This document shows positions 59,201 through 64,000 of a stretch of 64,000 nucleotides of DNA, piece by piece; the first letter of the stretch is position 1, and the number at the start of each line of letters is the position of its first letter. A model generated the notes under the pieces. That model did no database searches. It was not told the origin of the DNA and saw only the letters and a program-made list of their open reading frames with translations. The stretch comes from an uncultured Candidatus Saccharibacteria bacterium. GTDB taxonomy: Bacteria > Patescibacteriota > Minisyncoccia > Phycocordibacterales > UBA9973. The DNA lies in contig CAYZYV010000002.1 in the NCBI GenBank assembly GCA_964482735.1, forward strand, positions 22,061-86,060, given 5' to 3'. The position numbers and the translations under genes were made by a program.

Positions 59201-62022
59201 GAAAGTTCTCCAGCTGCCATTTTTGATACACCACTCAAAACACCTGTTCCACCTTCTCCTAAAACCTTGACGGGTGTATTCCTTTGATTGCTTGAACCAT
59301 CTCCTAATTGTCCATAATCATTTCTTCCCCAAGCGTAAACATTACCATTAATATCAATTGCATAAACCGAATTACTCTTGCTAGGAATAATATCTACTAT
59401 ATTAGAAAGGAAACCAGTTCCTCCAACTCCTAAAACTTGAACTGGGGTATTTTTTTTGACATTTGTTCCATCTCCCAACTGACCGGATCCATTGTGTCCC
59501 CACGCGTAAACAGTTCCGTCGTCTTTAAGAGCATAAACAGAGTAAGAAGTTGGAATTATTTTTGTAATCCCTGTTAAATATCCAGTACCTCCAACTCCTT
59601 TTACTTGAACGGGGGTATTATTCTGATCGTATGTACCATTTCCTGATTGACCATCATTGTTTTGTCCCCAGGCATAAACCGTTCCGTCATCTTTAAGAGC
59701 ATAAACTGCATACGTATACATAGAAGGGGCAATTTCTTTTATCCCAGTTAAATATCCAACACCTCCAACTCCTAAAACTTGAATAGGAGCATACTCGTTA
59801 TAAATTGTCCCATTTCCTAATTGTCCATAAACATTTCTTCCCCACGCGTAAACAGTTCCGTCATCCTTAAGAACATAGGCACTTTCTCCTAAAGATTCTA
59901 ATTTTAGAATATCACTTAGATAACCATTATTTCCAACACCTTTAACTTGAACCGGTGTTGATGTAGAAGCATAACTTCCATCTCCTAATTTACTATTATT
60001 GTTGCTCCCCCAAGAAAATACAGTGCCATCAGTTTTTAGAGCAAAAGCAGCAGCACCAGTAGCGCCTGTCCCACCCGACACTAAACTTTTTACACCTGTA
60101 AGATACCCAATATTATTTACCCCTTTAACTTGGACTGCAAAACTTCTGTCATCTAAATCTCCATGACCTAATTGTCCATCGTTATTTCTACCTAAAGCGT
60201 ATACAGAACCATCTTTTTCATATAAAAAAGAATTACCGGAATTATTTCCTGTTGTAATATTTATTTCTGAACTCAGACCTTCTTTGATATTGGTAAAATT
60301 TCCAATATTTTCTAATTGAATATTGACTGGAATGTTTTTACTAACTATAGTAGTATCTCCTAATTGGCTGCCATTATTTTGTCCCCAGGCGTAAATAGTC
60401 CCGTCGTTTTTAATGGCATAAATTGAATTAGATTTTCCAGCTACAATCTGCTTTACATTATTAAGACTACCTTCACCGGTTATATCTTTAACTAATACAG
60501 GTGTTGATCTGTTGGAATTAGTACCATCTCCTAATTTACCATTACTATTACTACCCCAAGAATATATAGTATAGTCATTTCTTAAAATATAAACAGAATT
60601 GGAAGTAGCACTGATTTGTTTAGCATTATCCAAATAACCAGTTCCACCCAACCCTTTAACTTGAACTGGAGTGTTTCTATGGGAAGTAGTACCGTCTCCT
60701 AATTGATAACTACTATTTTGCCCTAAAGAATATATTAATCCACCACTAGATTTAAGTATGGCAAAATTAGTATTGGTAACTATTTGATCTATATTTTCCA
60801 AAACCCCAACACTGTTGACGCCCTTAACTTGAACTGGCGTATTTCTGTCTGTACCAGTTGTTCCATCCCCTAATTGTCCATACCCGTTATACCCCCAAGC
60901 ATAAACTGTTCCATCATCTTTAAGAGCATATGCAAAATTGTTTGCAGATGATAAGTCTATAATATTTGTTAAGTAGCCACTTCCATCTACACCTTTCACT
61001 TGAACAGGAGTATTGCTTTGTGTGGTTGTTCCATCTCCTAGTTGTCCGTTATTATTTTGCCCCCAAGCATAAACTGTTCCATCATCTTTAAGAGCATAAA
61101 CCGCATTACCAGAAGATAATACTTTTTTAACACCCGTTAAAAATCCTACACCTCCAACACTCTTAACTTGTACAGGGGTTTTTGCGTTAGCAACAACAGA
61201 ACCATCTCCTAATTGTCCATAATCATTTCTTCCCCAAGCGTAAACATTTCCATCATTATCTACAGCCAACGTAGTATTTGTGTTTGCAACAACGTCTTTA
61301 ATATTGCTTAAATACCCCACACCAGAAACTCCCTTGACTTGAACAGGAATATTTTTATTTGTAATAGTATCGTCTCCTAGTTGCCCGTATCCGTTATATC
61401 CCCAACCATACAATGTTCCATCATTTTTTAAAACAAAAACAGAAGTGTCTGCTGCCACTATTTTTCTTGCATTGTCTAAATATCCAATACCACTAGAATC
61501 AGTCACTCTTTGGGGTGTAGATCTGTTTGAACTATTAGTACCGCTACCTAATTGTATATTTGTGTTTTTCCCCCATGACCAAACCCCTCCATTGGAATCT
61601 ATTAAGTAAACACCTGTTCCGTTTGAGGTGGTAGTAATCTGAATCTCTGACATACCAGATCTGTCCAATCCAACGGAAGCAGTTTCTCCAGTACTCACTA
61701 TTTCAGTTTGAGAGTTTACACCACCACTAAAATCAGAGTCAGATGTTTGAACTTTAGCACCGGAAGATGTAGAGGCAGAAATATTTTCTCCAATATTTAA
61801 ATTATTATTTTCTGTTATATATGACCAACCAGTTTTGTTCAGTTGATGAGTAGCAATCTCACTAGATTCAAGACCTGACCAATTATTTTGAGTAAAAGAA
61901 TAGGTGGCAGCTTGTGCAATTTGAGTATTAAATATTTGTCCAAAAACTAAAAGCAAAACAAAAACAAAAGAAAGTGATACTTTCCCTACTTTTAAAAGTT
62001 TTTTAAAATATTTTTTGTACAT
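53245..62022 (-). CDS. Giant secreted surface protein (2925 aa): signal peptide, 16 RCC1 beta-propeller repeats, beta-sandwich region, three Calx-beta domains, multiple FN3-like domains
   Basis: Signal peptide ends at AQA-ATY. There are sixteen repeats of the pattern VY[AS]WGxNxxGQLGDGTxxxxxTPVQVKGV. The three Calx-beta modules each carry the DDxxxExxE pattern (IIDDIVKENSE, IIDDTKKENDE, IFDDELSEETE). The C-terminal W...Y..R FN3-like modules follow. Confidence 0.8.
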   Translation of the reverse strand: MYKKYFKKLLKVGKVSLSFVFVLLLVFGQIFNTQIAQAATYSFTQNNWSGLESSEIATHQLNKTGWSYITENNNLNIGENISASTSSGAKVQTSDSDFSGGVNSQTEIVSTGETASVGLDRSGMSEIQITTTSNGTGVYLIDSNGGVWSWGKNTNIQLGSGTNSSNRSTPQRVTDSSGIGYLDNARKIVAADTSVFVLKNDGTLYGWGYNGYGQLGDDTITNKNIPVQVKGVSGVGYLSNIKDVVANTNTTLAVDNDGNVYAWGRNDYGQLGDGSVVANAKTPVQVKSVGGVGFLTGVKKVLSSGNAVYALKDDGTVYAWGQNNNGQLGDGTTTQSNTPVQVKGVDGSGYLTNIIDLSSANNFAYALKDDGTVYAWGYNGYGQLGDGTTGTDRNTPVQVKGVNSVGVLENIDQIVTNTNFAILKSSGGLIYSLGQNSSYQLGDGTTSHRNTPVQVKGLGGTGYLDNAKQISATSNSVYILRNDYTIYSWGSNSNGKLGDGTNSNRSTPVLVKDITGEGSLNNVKQIVAGKSNSIYAIKNDGTIYAWGQNNGSQLGDTTIVSKNIPVNIQLENIGNFTNIKEGLSSEINITTGNNSGNSFLYEKDGSVYALGRNNDGQLGHGDLDDRSFAVQVKGVNNIGYLTGVKSLVSGGTGATGAAAFALKTDGTVFSWGSNNNSKLGDGSYASTSTPVQVKGVGNNGYLSDILKLESLGESAYVLKDDGTVYAWGRNVYGQLGNGTIYNEYAPIQVLGVGGVGYLTGIKEIAPSMYTYAVYALKDDGTVYAWGQNNDGQSGNGTYDQNNTPVQVKGVGGTGYLTGITKIIPTSYSVYALKDDGTVYAWGHNGSGQLGDGTNVKKNTPVQVLGVGGTGFLSNIVDIIPSKSNSVYAIDINGNVYAWGRNDYGQLGDGSSNQRNTPVKVLGEGGTGVLSGVSKMAAGELSAYALKTDGTVYSWGNNSNRQLGDGTTTNRNVPVKVVGENNSGYLGSIKSLTSDMHTVYAINNDGTVYAWGRNDYGQLGDTTRENKAYPVLVKKASVSYSNMSAGTNTYNTEGSYTSPVVDFGKQVILNSVNYSTTLNGQNITVDVRAGNTNTVDGSWTNWNNTILDGGSLLALGNKRYVQYRVNLSTNNSEVTPTFDSITFNYSEYVNGYLISSIFDTEDSESGLSKVSWSASGESETSKILIKVRTSSDKANWSSWYGFSGTGEETDYFKIENKGVVMNSLHPLNSGSDDRYFQYKLEINPEGYSTPVVQSVGIDYEMNKPPEIKNVLAYQIQDRNSADLGKVLLTYEVKDVDTSHGVNYPGQVLPKIEYKVGESSDWADASVLVFSSSPILRQGDISLKEVNESSYTTHEAVLDVKNIVRGHDSSISGDDLFIRVTVDDGENIHNLSSASSEGISIDTKIPYFENEKLSATLDAGIVGVENSALIKIKRPIESSGYIEYRVVDFRSNANGEMMDTGWVEMVGDEVSVPWSFDSQINSKIAGVRFRDLFNNEDANNIVTLESPDPIYEKSFVVQDVSNVETHYYAMYLGWLKMSYQNFSHFKIEKFISPDGTNFYKEGEVEDGVLSDVNTDFYLYKNLTPSFIHKFLISVVDIYGNISVRQGNDLIVKADGLQNYGEGGGGVLNQSAIINNVIVAQNNERNVVVTYKITDSTVYEKDNPSFEEYLFYYNGLTLSDNPYDGTSLKLSNSSGLKDSGYVLINNEVIKYNNRNNNTIGGLVLGTWPNLVSEGRETRQNTDFFAGTPVWVMADNTTPNSFDYSDYYLEDGENMSILWNTFNETGLMGGNYDNLGIRVVAHDNSEPNFSPLSTQNDYSEDGLLQTLDLTAPSVSFEVSGIATSENGNNFPVNIILDRPYVFDASIDYSISGSASYGLDHSMINGSITIPSGTTTTTLNIPIIDDIVKENSETILVTLKNPINAQIGQNNIFTLTVEDNDSNPNVGFSLSTVSNTENITSVKIPITLSEVSEVDVIISYEVSGSATSESDFSLASGNITILKGEDEANIDLIIIDDTKKENDETVIVKLTGATGANLNSNTTYTYTIIDNDTYPTLSFASLTSQAKEDVNTANILVNISSPYPEDIKFNYTVTGGSADGNGIDYLIEGYEGIISAGSTNVNIPVVIFDDELSEETENVLITLSNPINAVLGSDIIHAFSILDNEILVSDINGASVKSTSARIVWTTADYTDSLIEYGTIREGEEGVYSVSKQSLDKVLNHNIYIDNLTPETTYYFRTTSTNLAGETTISRSQFTTTPGPIITSVASLGETDTGATITWTTNIPSNSVVSYSINPDMTSPSTVTDEVLSTEHSVSLTGLVPNEIYYFLVMSSDELGNTGESANGGSYYTFSTNDDETAPIISDISTPIRTNSQVAVTWTTNEPADGRVLYGKNSGDYTNQTELIYTLVTNHLATISELEESTQYYYVIKSTDENGNETTSDEYSFETTAKEKVIISKGGGGITGVAQELYDLLLAENQAYKAKFSTLDSIAPEISNIEISDITAFGASISFNTNEDTIAFIKYGKEDNYGLMSADDNWSQRHIIKLNGLSLGTLYNFKISAMDKSNDTGNSENKEFTTKYLSEDLSELKKIDNVEQFQKEIETTIESILPSLVPPFIDKPEVVDITESGATIKYRTNVKSFPVVSYIEDEKYDSSKENPYNGESSNTLEKSTSHSIKLIGLKSNTKYHYSAKAYSLPGVIGKSDDLIFTTSASKIQASIIDVKKDSFAVVWATDEPTTSIIEYKNTKTGRTSKIVDEEKNTSHSIKIENLSPGTSYVVKVSGINNKGNTVESGSELNVKTSTDSLPPSVTNLKVDSALVQGRTDRVQTIISWQTDEPSTSIVYYEEGSGSTSGELSNKQEDLELTRNHVVILGALKPGAVYRFTVSSTDDVGNTSKLPIRTIITPKKTESIVDVIFKNFDETFNFINNVK
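58990..61640 (-). repeat. Sixteen tandem RCC1-type coding repeats (~150-165 nt each) inside the giant gene
   Basis: Repeated GQLGDG / TPVQVKG peptide motifs. Coordinates are approximate, derived from amino-acid positions ~130-1010. Confidence 0.6.
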
Positions 62023-62076
62023 TTTGATTAATTGTTTTTGTTAATAAAAAAAACAATTTATAAATAATCTTGCTAC

Positions 62077-62106
62077 ATTATATCAATTTAAAAAGATAAC
62101 CGCAAT
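62077..62106 (-). promoter_or_regulatory. Candidate promoter of the giant-protein operon (TTGCGG-17-TGaTATAAT)
   Basis: On the minus strand the sequence is aaTTGCGGttatctttttaaatTGaTATAATg, ~45 nt upstream of the ATG at 62022. Confidence 0.3.
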
Positions 62107-62354
62107 TAAAAAGTTCTTTTTATTTAAAATTTTAAAAAATCACCGCGTAGAAAAAATTATTTTTATGGAAAACAGATAGTTCTGTTTTTCGTACCTTGAT
62201 TATCAATAAAATTAAAACAATTTAATGGTTCATCAAAAAACAATAAACATTTTATCTATAATCTGTAATTTTGTATTCACATAATTTATCTTAAATGTTG
62301 TAAAAATTAATCCATTAATTATTGTTGCTTATTAATGTTTAGTAATGTATAATA

Positions 62355-62612
62355 ATGTTTATGAATGAGAATTTTATACAAATCAAAGAAGCATCAGAAT
62401 TACTGGGGGTCTCAAAACTAACCCTTAGGAATTGGGACAATAGTGGAAAGCTTGTTTCTTACCGACATCCTATTAACAATTATCGTATATATAAGAAATC
62501 TGACATTTTAAAACTTCTAGACAGCTTCCCTCTTTCAAATACTATTAAAAATAAAAAAGTGGAGAAAAAAGAAAAAGTCTACAAATTAAAAGTTATACAC
62601 TTAAAAGATTAA
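62355..62612 (+). CDS. MerR-family-like helix-turn-helix DNA-binding protein (short, no effector domain)
   Basis: IKEASELLGVSKLTLRNWDNSGKLVSYRHPINNYRIYKKSDI matches the MerR N-terminal HTH consensus (TLR.YE..GLL.P.R...gYR.Y...D). 85 aa. Confidence 0.55.
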   Translation: MFMNENFIQIKEASELLGVSKLTLRNWDNSGKLVSYRHPINNYRIYKKSDILKLLDSFPLSNTIKNKKVEKKEKVYKLKVIHLKD

Positions 62613-62632
62613 CTTGCTTTAGGTATAAAAAG

Positions 62633-62902
62633 ATGATAATATCATCTAATATGATAACAGTAATAGAAGTAAAAAAGAATGCCAATGAGAGCAATATGAA
62701 TCTAGTGAGAAGATTCACTCGTAAAGTTCAAGAATCTGGCATCATCCAAAAAGTAAAGAGTAAGAGATATAACAAGCGAGCTGAATCTAAGGTTAAAACA
62801 AAGCAAGCTGCCCTTAAAAAAATCTCTCGCAAAAAAGAATTTGAAAAGCTCTTCAAACTAGGTAAAGAAAACAAAACAGCTAGAAGAGGAATTCGAAAAT
62901 AA
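62633..62902 (+). CDS. rpsU: 30S ribosomal protein S21
   Basis: The ITVIEVKKNANESNMNLVRRFTRKVQESGII pattern and the basic C-terminus match S21. The true start is possibly the internal Met at 62651. Confidence 0.6.
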   Translation: MIISSNMITVIEVKKNANESNMNLVRRFTRKVQESGIIQKVKSKRYNKRAESKVKTKQAALKKISRKKEFEKLFKLGKENKTARRGIRK

Positions 62903-62903
62903 T

Positions 62904-63296
62904 ATGGAGTCAGAATTATTTACAATTCTAAACAAAACAAAAGGCAAGCTTCCACGCTTGCCTTTTGTCTCTGTTAAAAATGAAATACTGGGAGAAAAGT
63001 ATGAACTTGGTTTAACTCTACTTACACCAAAGGAGCAACAAAAAATAAATAAGACCTATCGAGGAATAGACTCTACTACAAATATCTTATCTTTTGTTTT
63101 GGAAAAAGATTCTGGAGAAATTACTCTTGACCCACAAAAGATTAAAAAAGATGCTATACTATTTAATATGACTTATAGCCAATTCTTTATCTTTCTGTTT
63201 ATACACGGATGTCTTCATTTGAAAGGTTTGGAACATGGTAGTAAAATGGAATTATTAGAAAATAAATATTTTAAAATTTTTAATCCTAAAAAATAA
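62904..63296 (+). CDS. ybeY: Endoribonuclease YbeY (rRNA maturation factor)
   Basis: Zinc-binding H-x3-H-x5-H motif HGCLHLKGLEH. 130 aa. Confidence 0.8.
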   Translation: MESELFTILNKTKGKLPRLPFVSVKNEILGEKYELGLTLLTPKEQQKINKTYRGIDSTTNILSFVLEKDSGEITLDPQKIKKDAILFNMTYSQFFIFLFIHGCLHLKGLEHGSKMELLENKYFKIFNPKK

Positions 63297-63298
63297 TC

Positions 63299-64000
63299 AT
63301 GATTAAAGGACCTTATACTTGCGGAATAGATGTCGGCACCAACTATACAAAAGTCGTGGTTGTTAAATATGATAAAGAAAAAAAAGAAAATACAATCATC
63401 GCTTCAGGATCTTCAGAGACAAGAGGTATGAGACAAGGATATGTTATCAATACAGACCAAGTAGCGGACAGTATCAAAAAAGCAGTTAAACAAGCCGAGA
63501 ACATTCTTGGATCTAAAATACATAGAGCATACATTTCTATCGGTGGTATAAGTCTCAGTTCAACAATTTGTTCAGGATCTGTTATGACTACAAAAGCAGA
63601 TCAAGAAATAACACCACTCGATGTTGATAAAGTCTTATCTAATAGTGAAGATAATTTAGATTCTACTAATAAAAGAATTATCCACTCCATACCTATAAAC
63701 TATAAATTAGACGGAAAAGAAATTTACGTTAAACCAGAAGGATTAAAAGGTGCAAAGTTGGAAGTAAAAACTTTATTTATTACTTGTCTAAAGCAAAACT
63801 TAGAAGATTTAATTACTGCTTTTGGATTAGCAAGAATAGGTATCGAGGAGATCGTGGCATCTCCCCTAGTCACAGGAAACCTACTTTTGAATAATAAACA
63901 AAAGGTGGCTGGTTGTATTATGGTTGATATAGGAGCAGAAACTTTATCTACTATTGTTTTTGAAAACAATCTTCCTATGTCACTACACGTTCACCCTATT
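63299..64000 (+). CDS. ftsA: Cell division protein FtsA (5' partial, continues beyond window end)
   Basis: The ORF opens at ATG 63299 and has no stop before the window end. Motifs CGIDVGTNYTKVVV and MVDIGAETLSTIVF are actin-like ATPase phosphate motifs with FtsA topology. Confidence 0.8.
   Translation, partial: MIKGPYTCGIDVGTNYTKVVVVKYDKEKKENTIIASGSSETRGMRQGYVINTDQVADSIKKAVKQAENILGSKIHRAYISIGGISLSSTICSGSVMTTKADQEITPLDVDKVLSNSEDNLDSTNKRIIHSIPINYKLDGKEIYVKPEGLKGAKLEVKTLFITCLKQNLEDLITAFGLARIGIEEIVASPLVTGNLLLNNKQKVAGCIMVDIGAETLSTIVFENNLPMSLHVHPI

Noticed and set aside
53245-62022. Type I secretion (RTX) substrate or sortase-anchored (LPXTG) protein
   Set aside because: There are no GGxGxD nonapeptide repeats and no C-terminal LPXTG plus TM plus basic tail. 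The adjacent ABC transporter is MacB/FtsX-type, not a fused TMD-NBD T1SS exporter.
62633-62902. Ribosomal protein S20 instead of S21 for the 89-aa basic protein
   Set aside because: It lacks the S20 N-terminal ANxKSAxKR motif. The VRRFTRKVQESGII pattern and the position upstream of ybeY fit S21 better. The confidence in the feature list is kept moderate.
1-64000. Alternative genetic code (UGA recoding as in some CPR lineages)
   Set aside because: All conserved genes give full-length products with the standard code and terminate where expected, including TGA stops such as the ATGA overlap at 21078-21081.

Overview
This is a low-GC (~30%), densely packed stretch of bacterial chromosome made almost entirely of housekeeping genes, mostly on the minus strand. 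From the sequence it looks like a reduced-genome organism, probably a Patescibacteria/CPR-type lineage. The supporting signs are a compact AspRS with gatB present, a short AlaRS, a PriA that has lost its ATPase motifs, a PilM-like ATPase and a pilin-like protein, many ATGA/TAATG gene overlaps, a possible leaderless start, and a giant surface protein. The standard genetic code applies.

Reading 5'->3', the window contains: a Gly-zipper membrane protein; gap, DUF1653, a MazG-like gene and gatB; tRNA-Leu(UAA) followed by an odd structured element; an M23 peptidase; gltX; murG; three secreted or lipoprotein genes; ftsW, mraY, scpB, scpA, aspS, trpS; dnaB and recR (+ strand); rplU; a CorA-like N-domain ORF coupled to cysS; a pilin-like LamG protein; dnaJ, dnaK, a PaaX-like regulator and grpE; rpsI, rplM, rplQ, rpoA, rpsD, rpsK, rpsM, rpmJ, infA; a PilM-like ATPase and a membrane protein; alaS; mgtC; mnmA; an rRNA methyltransferase; mltG; a sigma70-r4/HARE-HTH protein; typA; rseP; frr; a holB-like gene; mreB; priA; and a MerR-like HTH, rpsU, ybeY and a partial ftsA.

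The stand-out locus is a tightly coupled four-gene minus-strand operon at 50263-62022. It encodes a 2925-aa secreted giant protein (16 RCC1 repeats, then Calx-beta and FN3-like domains), a stand-alone CheY-like receiver, and a MacB/FtsX-type ABC ATPase (with an unexplained ~220-aa C-terminal extension) plus its permease. A small MerR-like regulator is divergent from it. No CRISPR array, rRNA gene or obvious mobile element was seen.
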